64,000 nt of DNA. Source: an uncultured Acidimicrobiia bacterium (GTDB lineage: Bacteria > Actinomycetota > Acidimicrobiia > Acidimicrobiales > CAIXPF01). A program made the translations under genes and the position numbers. The notes under the pieces are model-generated. The model did no database searches, was not told the DNA's origin, and saw only the letters and a list, made by a program, of their open reading frames with translations. Below, piece after piece: positions 19,369-26,972 of the stretch. The stretch is taken from positions 2,710 through 66,709 of the forward strand of contig CAIXPF010000032.1 in NCBI GenBank assembly GCA_903921205.1, read 5' to 3'. Every line of letters begins with the position of its first letter. Position 1 is the first letter of the stretch.

Positions 19369-19384
19369 CCGATGGTGCCATCGG
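19369..19384. promoter_or_regulatory. Inverted repeat CCGATGG-TG-CCATCGG abutting the hxlR-type gene -10 box (candidate operator)
   Basis: 7-2-7 palindrome immediately 5' of TAGAGT (19385-19390), in the SDR / HxlR divergent spacer. Confidence 0.3.
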
Positions 19385-19390
19385 TAGAGT
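19385..19390 (+). promoter_or_regulatory. -10 box TAGAGT, 6 nt before ATG 19397
   Basis: TANNNT at leaderless spacing. Confidence 0.4.
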
Positions 19391-19396
19391 GATCCC

Positions 19397-19843
19397 ATGA
19401 AGCGATCGACGGTGGGCCACATGCACTGTTCCATCGCCCGCTCGCTCGACATCGTCGGCGAGTGGTGGACGCCGTTGATCCTGCGGGACGTCTTCCGGGG
19501 GATGCGCCGCTTCGAGGAGCTGCAGACCAGCCTCGGGATCGGTCGCAGCGTGCTCTCGGACCGCCTGTCCACCCTGGTCGACGCCGGGGTCCTGGAGAAG
19601 CGCCAGTACCGCGACCACCCGGCCCGCTACGAGTACCGCCTCACCGACATGGGGCGTGACTTCTACCAGGTGCTGCTGGCCCTCAAGCAGTGGGGCGACA
19701 CCTGGCTTGCCGAGGAGGAGGGCCCGCCGGTCACCCTCATCCACGCCACCTGCGGCCACGAGGTCACCCCGGTGTTGACCTGCAGCCACTGCGGCGAGCC
19801 GATCGCGGCACAGACGATCCGCTCCCCCAACACCCCGAACTGA
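19397..19843 (+). CDS. HxlR-family winged-helix transcriptional regulator with a C-terminal Cys-rich extension
   Basis: CSIARSLDIVGEWWTPLILRD...FEEL...GIGRSVLSDRL..L...GVL.....YRLT core. The tail CGHEVTPVLTCSHCGEP resembles a zinc ribbon. Confidence 0.8.
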   Translation: MKRSTVGHMHCSIARSLDIVGEWWTPLILRDVFRGMRRFEELQTSLGIGRSVLSDRLSTLVDAGVLEKRQYRDHPARYEYRLTDMGRDFYQVLLALKQWGDTWLAEEEGPPVTLIHATCGHEVTPVLTCSHCGEPIAAQTIRSPNTPN

Positions 19844-19995
19844 CCCCGCACCGGCGACCCGCCGTCGCCTGCGAGTTCTGTCGTGTCACGCATTTGCCTC
19901 GACAGACGTGGCCCCGGTCACGAAAGTCAAGTAGGTTCAGGCTGTCCACACCGACACGATCGCCGGCCGACCGCCGGCGAACAGGGGAGAACGGC

Positions 19996-22293
19996 ATGGC
20001 CACCTCGGGTTCGATTCTCGGCAACTCGGTCCTGCGTCGGGAAGACCCGACCCTGATCACCGGGGCCGGGAAGTACTTCGACGATCTCCGTTTCGACGGC
20101 ATGCTGCACGTCCACTTCGTGCGCTCGACCGTCGCCCACGGCATCATCACCAACATCGACACCAGCGAAGCCGAGGCGATGCCCGGGGTTCGCAAGGTGT
20201 ACACCGGCGCCAACATCGGCCTCAAGGACTTCCTGGCCTTCCCGATGATGCCGCCGTCGCTCAGCCGCCCCCCCATCGCCCGTGACCGGGTCCGCTTCGT
20301 CGGCGACATCGTCGCCGCCGTCGTCGCCGAGACCAAGGCCCAGGCCGTGGACGCCGGCGAGGCCATCGTCGTCGACTACGACCTGCTCCCCTCGGTCACC
20401 TCGCCGATCGCCGCCGCCGCCGCCGATGCGCCGCTGCTGTTCCCCGACCACGGCAGCAACGTCTGTTTCGAGACGCAGCTCGGCGACGACGTCGACGCCC
20501 TCGCCGGTGCCGACAAGGTCGGCACGGTACGCATGGTCAGCCAGCGTCTCGCCGGGGTGCCGATGGAGCCCAACGGCATGGTCGCGGTCCCGAACGAGCC
20601 CACTGCCGGTGGCCTGACTGCGTGGATCACCCACCAGGGTCCCCACGGCGCCCAAGCCGCGATGGCTCCCGAACTCGGCCTCGAGCCCGAGCAGCTGCGG
20701 GTGGTCTGCCCCTGGGTCGGTGGCGGCTTCGGCCCCAAGGCCGCTGTCTACGTGGAGTACCTGATCACCGGCAAGGCCGCTCTCGACCTGCAGGCACCGG
20801 TGAAGTGGACCGAGACCCGCTCCGAGGACATGGTCTCGCTGGTCCACGGCCGTGACTTCGTGATCGACGTGTCCCTCGGCGTGAAGAACGACGGCACCAT
20901 CGTCGGCCTGAAGGCCGAGGTGGCCGCAGCCGCCGGTGCGTACCCGATCATCGGCGCCATCCTGCCGATGCTCACCCAGCTGATGTCGACCGGCGTCTAC
21001 AACATCCCGACGATCAACTTCAAGGCCCAGACCTTGATGACCAACAACACCAGCATCGGTGCCTACCGCGGCGCCGGTCGCCCCGAGGCGACCCAGATGC
21101 TCGAGCGGGTCATCGACGTCGCAGCCGCCGAGATCGGCATGGATCCCGTCGAGATCCGCATGAAGAACTTCTTCGCCCCGTTCTCGAGCCCCATGACCAC
21201 CATCACCGGGGCCAACTACGACTCCGCCGACTACGCCCTGCCCCTGCGGGAGGCCGTGGCGGCGTCGGGCTACCAGGAGCTGCGTGCCGAGCAGCAGCGT
21301 CGGCGGGCTGCCGGTGACCCCAAGCTCCTCGGCATCGGGGTATCGGCCTACGTCGAGATCACCGCCCCGGTCGGCCTGCACGTCGAATACGGCAAGGTCG
21401 AGGTGCACGCCGACGGTTCGGCCACCATGTACGTCGGCACCTCGGTGCACGGGCAGGGCCACGAGACGGCGTTCTCGATGCTCGTGTCGGACGTGCTCGG
21501 GATCCCGATGGACCGCATCAACCTGATCAACTCCGACACCGCCACCGTGCCCCGTGGTTCGGGCACGCTCGGCTCCCGGTCGCTGCAGACCGCCGGTTCG
21601 GCCGTGCACGTGGCCTCCACCGAGGTGCTGGCCAAGGCCAAGCAGCTCGCCGCCCACCTCCTCGAGGCCAACGTCGACGACATCGTCAAGGGCGAGGGCG
21701 GCCTGCAGGTGGCCGGTGTGCCGGCCAAGGCGGTCAGCTGGGGTGAGTTGTCGGCTGCCGCCGACGACGACAGCCGTCGCCCGGAGGGCATGGAGCCCGG
21801 CCTGGCGCACGAGCTGGACTTCGACGGGGGCGACTCGACCTTCCCCTTCGGCGCCCACGTGTCCGTGGTCGAGGTCGACACCGAGACCGGCAAGGTCAGC
21901 TGGCTGCGCCACGTCGCCGTCGACGACTGCGGCCGCATCCTCAACCCGATGCTGGTCAGCGGCCAGCAGCACGGCGGCATCGCCCAGGGCGCAGCCCAGG
22001 CGCTGTTCGAGTGGGTGCAGTACGACGAGGACGGCAACCCCATCACCGGCAACCTGATGGACTACGCCATGCCGTCCGCGGCGGAGCTGCCCAGCTTCGA
22101 GACGCTGAACACCCAGACCGACTCGCCCCGCAACCCGCTCGGTGCCAAGGGCATCGGCGAGTCGGGCACCATCGGCTCCACCCCGGCCATCCACAACGCC
22201 GTGGTCGACGCCCTCGCCCACCTCGGGGTGCGTCACGTCGACATGCCCTGCACCTCCGAGCGGGTGTGGGCAGCGATCCAGTCCGCTCGCTGA
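19996..22293 (+). CDS. xanthine dehydrogenase / CO dehydrogenase family molybdopterin-binding large subunit (form II CoxL-like)
   Basis: 765 aa from ATG 19996, after GGGGAGA. Starts with LRREDPTLITGAGKYFDD and carries the AYRGAGR motif. The track ORF start at 19690 is an upstream extension. Confidence 0.85.
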   Translation: MATSGSILGNSVLRREDPTLITGAGKYFDDLRFDGMLHVHFVRSTVAHGIITNIDTSEAEAMPGVRKVYTGANIGLKDFLAFPMMPPSLSRPPIARDRVRFVGDIVAAVVAETKAQAVDAGEAIVVDYDLLPSVTSPIAAAAADAPLLFPDHGSNVCFETQLGDDVDALAGADKVGTVRMVSQRLAGVPMEPNGMVAVPNEPTAGGLTAWITHQGPHGAQAAMAPELGLEPEQLRVVCPWVGGGFGPKAAVYVEYLITGKAALDLQAPVKWTETRSEDMVSLVHGRDFVIDVSLGVKNDGTIVGLKAEVAAAAGAYPIIGAILPMLTQLMSTGVYNIPTINFKAQTLMTNNTSIGAYRGAGRPEATQMLERVIDVAAAEIGMDPVEIRMKNFFAPFSSPMTTITGANYDSADYALPLREAVAASGYQELRAEQQRRRAAGDPKLLGIGVSAYVEITAPVGLHVEYGKVEVHADGSATMYVGTSVHGQGHETAFSMLVSDVLGIPMDRINLINSDTATVPRGSGTLGSRSLQTAGSAVHVASTEVLAKAKQLAAHLLEANVDDIVKGEGGLQVAGVPAKAVSWGELSAAADDDSRRPEGMEPGLAHELDFDGGDSTFPFGAHVSVVEVDTETGKVSWLRHVAVDDCGRILNPMLVSGQQHGGIAQGAAQALFEWVQYDEDGNPITGNLMDYAMPSAAELPSFETLNTQTDSPRNPLGAKGIGESGTIGSTPAIHNAVVDALAHLGVRHVDMPCTSERVWAAIQSAR

Positions 22294-22307
22294 GCCACCA
22301 CGAACGA

Positions 22308-22372
22308 ACGGCCCGGTTCCGACCGGACGGGCCGTGATCGCACTCCGGGGCGCCCGACAGGGCGCCCCGGAG
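22308..22372 (+). terminator. Two consecutive GC hairpins after the Mo-enzyme gene (8 bp stem, then a perfect 13 bp stem with GACA loop)
   Basis: ACGGCCCG...CGGGCCGT (22308-22335) and CTCCGGGGCGCCC-GACA-GGGCGCCCCGGAG (22343-22372). Confidence 0.5.
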
Positions 22373-22545
22373 CCGCGTCCGGATGCGGTCGGAGCCGGGC
22401 GCAGGCCGCGGCCGGCTGCGGTGGGCGCAACGTGGCCCCCAAGGGTCTGCCGCCGGCCGACGACGGCCGTTGGGCCCTGTCCCCGTCGCTCGGCGCAGAC
22501 GGACACTGGACCCGGGTCCGCCGGACCCGAAGGAGGGTTCCAGCC

Positions 22546-22725
22546 ATGAGCATCTGCCGAGCATGCGGTGCGCACGAGGACGTGCACGAGGGCATGTGCC
22601 GCTCGTGCCGCACGATGGGCAAGGGCAACGAGGCCGAGGCCGCCCGTCTGCAGCACGAGCCGGACGACCCGACGCTCGAGCCGAGCCACGACCGTTCCCA
22701 TCACGGGCGCCACCAGGGAGCCTGA
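22546..22725 (+). CDS. 59-aa zinc-ribbon-like small protein
   Basis: ATG is preceded by AAGGAGGG at a 9-nt spacing. CxxC...CxxC is present (MSICRACGAHEDVHEGMCRSCR). Third positions are strongly GC-rich. Confidence 0.5.
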   Translation: MSICRACGAHEDVHEGMCRSCRTMGKGNEAEAARLQHEPDDPTLEPSHDRSHHGRHQGA

Positions 22726-22773
22726 CGAACGTCACCAGGGTTCACCCCCGGGGCGCGAGCACCGCTGCCCGGG

Positions 22774-24687
22774 TCACCCGGGCGTGGTGATCTCCTGCAG
22801 GAAGGCCTCGACGTCGGCGCGGTGACGGGTGCGGGAGAACGGCGGCAGGGCCCGGATGATCTCCCATCGATACCGCGCGGTACCGAGGCGGCGATCGAAC
22901 ACGGCCACCACGCCCCGGTCCGAGGCGCTGCGGATCAGCCGCCCGGCCGCCTGGGCCAGCAACGTCGCCGCACGCGGCACGTCGATCACCCCGAACGCGG
23001 CGCTGCCGGCCCGGTCGCGTCGCGCCTCGAGCAGCGGGTCGTCCGGCCGCGGGAAGGGCAGGCGGTCGATGGTGACCAGCGACAGGGTCTCGCCCGGCAC
23101 GTCGATGCCCTGGAACAGCCCGGTGGTGGCGAACAGACAGGCCGCAGGATCGGCCCGGAACGTCTCGATGAGCCGGGTGACGGGCAGGTCACCCTGGGCC
23201 AGCACCGGGAAGGGCAGCTTCGGCCGAAGCGCCGCCACCGCGGCCTCCAGCGCCCGCCAGCTGGTGAACAGGGCCAGGGTCCGTCCGCCGGCCGAACGGA
23301 TGAGGGCCTCGAGGTCCTGGTGCAGGGCGTCGCGATAGCCATCGGCACGAGGATCGGGCAGGTGCAACGCGCAGTAGAGCAGGCCGTGGTGCTCGTAGTC
23401 GAAGGGGCTGCCCACGTCGAGCTCGTCGAACTGGTCGGAGGCCAACCCCACCCGACGTGCCATGCCTGACGGGATGGTGGCGCTGGTCAGCACGGCGGTA
23501 CGGCTGCCCCACACCGTGGCCCCGAGCACCGGGCCCACCTCGATGGGAGCCACCGCCAGGCGGGGCTCCCCACCGTCGGGCACCCAGGCCACGTAGTTCT
23601 CGGGGAGATCGAGCACCATGTCGAGCTCGTCGGTGAGCGACGTGGCCAGCCGCTGGGCCCGCGCCCGCCGCTGGTCGGCGTCGGCCACCGAGGTCTGGAT
23701 GGCCCGCAGCGCCGTGGCGATCACCTCGACCCGGCTGCGCAACAGCACCAGGGCGTCGATCACCTCGGTCGGCAACGGCCGCGGCAACCGCCGGCCCAGA
23801 TGCGGACGCAGGGTCGCCAGGGCTGCGGCGCCGGCCTCGATCACCGCTGCGGCCAGCTGCGGATCGGCCACCACCGCCCGCACCCGACCGGCGAACGCAG
23901 CGAACCGTGGCGCCCCCATCTCGAATCCGAGGGTCGAGGACAGCACGTCCTCGAGCTGATGGCACTCGTCGACCACCACGATGTCGTGCTCGGGCAGCAC
24001 CCGGTCGCCGGACCCGATGTTCACGCCGTACAGGGCCAGGTTGGCCACGACGATGTCGGCCTCGGCCGCCTTGCTGCGAGCCTGCTCGGCGAAGCAGTCC
24101 CCACCCCGGGGGCAGCGGGCTGCTCCGGGGCACTCGTCGCCGCTCACGCTCAGCGCCGACCACGCCCGGGCCGACGGCTCGATCGGCAACTCGGCCCGAT
24201 CGCCGCTGACGGTAATGTCGGCCCAACCGAGCAACTGCTCGAGCTCGGCCTGCACCGACTCGCCGCCGAGCTGCAACTCGGCCTGCCCCAGACCCGCCTC
24301 GACCTCGTCGATGCGCTGACGGCACAGGTAGTTGGCCCGGCCCTTCACCACCGCCCAGCTGAACGGATGGTCGAGGTGCTCCCGCAGGAACGGCAGGTCC
24401 TTGGCGTCGAGCTGATCCTGCAGCGCCTTGGACGCGGTGGCGACCACCACCTTGCGGCCGCTGAGCACCGCCGGCAGCAGGTAGGCCAGCGACTTGCCGG
24501 TGCCGGTCCCGGCCCGCACCACCAGGTGGCGTCCACCGGCGATCGACGCCGCCACCGCCGTCGCCATCCGCCGCTGGCCGTCCCGGGCCTCACCGCCACC
24601 GGGCAAGGCCGACACCACGGTGGCGAGCGCGGACTCCACGGCGCCGTCCGTCGCAGCTGTCGCGGCCGTCACGTCCGGAGCGGTCAC
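22774..24687 (-). CDS. dinG: DinG/Rad3-like ATP-dependent DNA helicase
   Basis: GTGTGKSLAYLLP Walker A, DECH box (VVVDECHQLED), four Cys in the Fe-S region (C..C..C..C near CRQR/CPGAARCPRGGDC) and the C-terminal RLIRSASDRGVV motif. The GTG start overlaps the upstream stop. Confidence 0.8.
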   Translation of the reverse strand: MTAPDVTAATAATDGAVESALATVVSALPGGGEARDGQRRMATAVAASIAGGRHLVVRAGTGTGKSLAYLLPAVLSGRKVVVATASKALQDQLDAKDLPFLREHLDHPFSWAVVKGRANYLCRQRIDEVEAGLGQAELQLGGESVQAELEQLLGWADITVSGDRAELPIEPSARAWSALSVSGDECPGAARCPRGGDCFAEQARSKAAEADIVVANLALYGVNIGSGDRVLPEHDIVVVDECHQLEDVLSSTLGFEMGAPRFAAFAGRVRAVVADPQLAAAVIEAGAAALATLRPHLGRRLPRPLPTEVIDALVLLRSRVEVIATALRAIQTSVADADQRRARAQRLATSLTDELDMVLDLPENYVAWVPDGGEPRLAVAPIEVGPVLGATVWGSRTAVLTSATIPSGMARRVGLASDQFDELDVGSPFDYEHHGLLYCALHLPDPRADGYRDALHQDLEALIRSAGGRTLALFTSWRALEAAVAALRPKLPFPVLAQGDLPVTRLIETFRADPAACLFATTGLFQGIDVPGETLSLVTIDRLPFPRPDDPLLEARRDRAGSAAFGVIDVPRAATLLAQAAGRLIRSASDRGVVAVFDRRLGTARYRWEIIRALPPFSRTRHRADVEAFLQEITTPG

Positions 24688-25934
24688 CGGCCCGCCAGGT
24701 CGGTCAGGACATCGAGCAGCACGTCGGCGCCGGCGGCGAGATGGGCGGGCTCGGTGTGTTCGGCCGGGTTGTGGCTCAGGCCACGATGCGACGGTACGAA
24801 GATCATGGCGGTGGGACACACCCGGGCCAGCATCTGGGCATCGTGACCGGCTCCGGAGGGCAACCGCAGCGTGCTGAGCCCACGACGCCGGGCCGTGGCC
24901 TCGACCAGGTCGACCATTGCCGGATCGAACGCGACGGGATCGAAGCGGACCAACGACTGCGACGACACCTCCAGGTGCTCGGCCTCGGCCACCTCGGCGG
25001 CGAAGACGGCCAGACGTCCTTCGGCCTCGGCCAGCGTGTCGGCGTCGGTGTTGCGCAGGTCCACGGTCATCGTCGCCCAGGCCGGCACCACGTTCACCAG
25101 GTTCGGGTGCATCAGGACCCGTCCGACGGTGCCGACCTGTCGCCCGCCCAGTTCCGCGGCGAGTTCCCGGACGAAGGTGGCGACCCGGGCCATCGCGTAC
25201 GCCGGATCGCGTCGTAGGCCCATCGGCGTGGTCCCGGCGTGGTTGGACTGCCCGACGAAGGTGAGCTCCTGCCACGAGATGCCCTGCACGCCGGTGACCG
25301 CGCCGATCACCACGTCCTCGTGTTCGAGCACCGGGCCCTGCTCGATGTGCAGCTCGACGAAGGCGAACGGCGGCCGGGCCGGTGCCGGCCATACCCCGAG
25401 GTATCCGATGCGGGCCAGCTCCTCGCCCACCGTGACACCGTCCTCGTCGGCCGCGGCGAGCGCCGCCTCCGCCGTCAGCGCCCCGACGTGCACCAGGGAG
25501 CCCATCATGTCGGGCGTGAACCGTGCCCCCTCCTCGTTGGTGAACGCCGCCACCGCCAGCGGCCGGCGGGTCCGCAGGCCACGCGCCGCCAGCGTCTCGA
25601 TCGCCTCGAGCCCGGCCACCACCCCGTAGGCCCCGTCGTAGCGGCCTCCGGTGGCGACGGTGTCGAGGTGGGAGCCGCACAGCACCGGGTCGAGCCCGGG
25701 CTCGGTGGCACCGGCCGTCCAGACCCCGACGATGTTGCCCACGACGTCGATCCGGACCTCGAGGGCAAGGTCCTCCATCCAGCGGCACAGCAGGTCCCGC
25801 CCCGCCTTGTCGGCATCGGTCAGCGCCAGCCGGCACGATCCGAACTCGCCCACCGGGGCCAGCTCCGCCAACGCCGCCAGACGGTCTCCCAGACGATCGA
25901 CATCGATCCCGGATCCGCCGGAGGGGTTGCGCAC
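24684..25934 (-). CDS. M20-family Zn-dependent hydrolase (allantoate amidohydrolase / N-carbamoyl-L-amino-acid hydrolase type)
   Basis: GSHLDTVATGGRYDGAYGV, TNEEGARF, VELHIEQGPVLE, GQSNHAGTTPM and SGAGHDA motifs. GTG 25934 has TACGAT 6 nt upstream. Confidence 0.8.
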   Translation of the reverse strand: MRNPSGGSGIDVDRLGDRLAALAELAPVGEFGSCRLALTDADKAGRDLLCRWMEDLALEVRIDVVGNIVGVWTAGATEPGLDPVLCGSHLDTVATGGRYDGAYGVVAGLEAIETLAARGLRTRRPLAVAAFTNEEGARFTPDMMGSLVHVGALTAEAALAAADEDGVTVGEELARIGYLGVWPAPARPPFAFVELHIEQGPVLEHEDVVIGAVTGVQGISWQELTFVGQSNHAGTTPMGLRRDPAYAMARVATFVRELAAELGGRQVGTVGRVLMHPNLVNVVPAWATMTVDLRNTDADTLAEAEGRLAVFAAEVAEAEHLEVSSQSLVRFDPVAFDPAMVDLVEATARRRGLSTLRLPSGAGHDAQMLARVCPTAMIFVPSHRGLSHNPAEHTEPAHLAAGADVLLDVLTDLAGR

Positions 25935-25940
25935 CCCGAC

Positions 25941-25946
25941 ATCGTA
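25941..25946 (-). promoter_or_regulatory. -10 box TACGAT, 6 nt before GTG 25934
   Basis: TANNNT at leaderless spacing. Confidence 0.4.
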
Positions 25947-26006
25947 GGGGGCAGACCCGCTCGGCAGCCGACGGTGGCACCTACCCCGGCCCCGACCCCG
26001 ACCCCC

Positions 26007-26012
26007 TACAGT
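26007..26012 (+). promoter_or_regulatory. -10 box TACAGT, 9 nt before ATG 26022
   Basis: TANNNT, with slightly long spacing. Confidence 0.3.
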
Positions 26013-26021
26013 GACCGGCCG

Positions 26022-26795
26022 ATGGAGCTCTCGACCCTCGACCTGGTCCTCGCCGCGCTCGCCGCACTGGCCGCAGGGATGGTGAACGCGGTCGCCGGAG
26101 GCGGCACGCTGATCACCTTCCCCACGCTGGTGGCGTTGGGGCTGCCGGCGATCACCTCGAACATCACCAACACCGTCGCCCTGTGCCCCGGATACTTCGG
26201 TGGCACGTTCGCCCAGCGCCGGGACCTCGCCGTGCAGCGCAAGCGGATCCCGGGGATCATGGCCGCCGCCGCCGTGGGCGGGCTGATCGGCTCGGTACTG
26301 CTGGTGCTGTCTCCCGAGAAGCTGTTCCGCGACCTCGTGCCGTTCCTGCTGCTGGGCGCCTGCGCCCTGCTGGCGCTCGGCGACCGGATCAAGGCCGCGC
26401 TCCCTCCCCGACCGTCGCTCGACGGGGACACCGAGGCCGGGGCGTCCCCGCCCTCGGTCATCGCCTCGGTGTTCGCCATCGGCATCTACGCCGGCTACTT
26501 CGGTGCCGGGATGGGCATCATCGCCCTCGCCGTGCTCGGCCTGGCCCTCGACGACTCGATGGTCCGCATCAACGCGCTCAAACAGCTGGTGGCCTTCACC
26601 GCCAACATCGTGGCCGCCACGTACTTCCTGTTCTCCGGCAAGTTGGTGTGGTCCCTGGTCGTGGTCATGGCACCGGCGGCGCTCATCGGCGGCAGCATCG
26701 GCGGCCGCCTCGTCCAGCACATGAACCCCAAGGTGCTGCGCGCCGTGGTGGTCACGATCGGGGTCGTCGTCGCGGTCAACTTCTGGCTGCGCTGA
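26022..26795 (+). CDS. TauE/SafE family sulfite-exporter-like membrane protein
   Basis: 257 aa with about 8 TM segments. AGGGTLITFPTL and GYFGAGMGII motifs. Confidence 0.8.
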   Translation: MELSTLDLVLAALAALAAGMVNAVAGGGTLITFPTLVALGLPAITSNITNTVALCPGYFGGTFAQRRDLAVQRKRIPGIMAAAAVGGLIGSVLLVLSPEKLFRDLVPFLLLGACALLALGDRIKAALPPRPSLDGDTEAGASPPSVIASVFAIGIYAGYFGAGMGIIALAVLGLALDDSMVRINALKQLVAFTANIVAATYFLFSGKLVWSLVVVMAPAALIGGSIGGRLVQHMNPKVLRAVVVTIGVVVAVNFWLR

Positions 26796-26897
26796 GGGCG
26801 CGGTCGTGGCCGCAGACCGGGCGCCGGAGGACCCACCTGCGAGGCCGCACATCCGCTGTGAGCTGGGCCGATCATCGGTCAGGGGCGTAGCGCCGCC

Positions 26898-26903
26898 TAC
26901 GCT
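26898..26903 (+). promoter_or_regulatory. -10 box TACGCT, 6 nt before ATG 26910 (start of a 20-codon uORF)
   Basis: TANNNT at leaderless spacing. Confidence 0.35.
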
Positions 26904-26909
26904 GCCAGC

Positions 26910-26972
26910 ATGACAAAGACACCAACCGAGGCACGGGCCGACCGCCACCATGCGGTCGCTGGTGACTCATGA
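26910..26972 (+). CDS. candidate leaderless 20-codon uORF (MTKTPTEARADRHHAVAGDS) overlapping the NYN gene start by ATGA
   Basis: Read directly. Codon third positions are only moderately GC-rich, so it may be regulatory rather than a stable product. Confidence 0.25.
   Translation: MTKTPTEARADRHHAVAGDS

Noticed and set aside
22774-25980. Very long track ORFs that look like giant fusion proteins: 22774..25980, 24684..26951, 47739..50018, 50935..52458, 34131..38045, 32035..33381, 56299..58329, 43626..45596.
   Set aside because: Only the C-terminal part of each has protein-like sequence. The N-terminal parts are low-complexity read-through across the upstream gene or spacer. Internal starts with an SD, a TANNNT box or a 4-nt overlap give family-typical N-termini.
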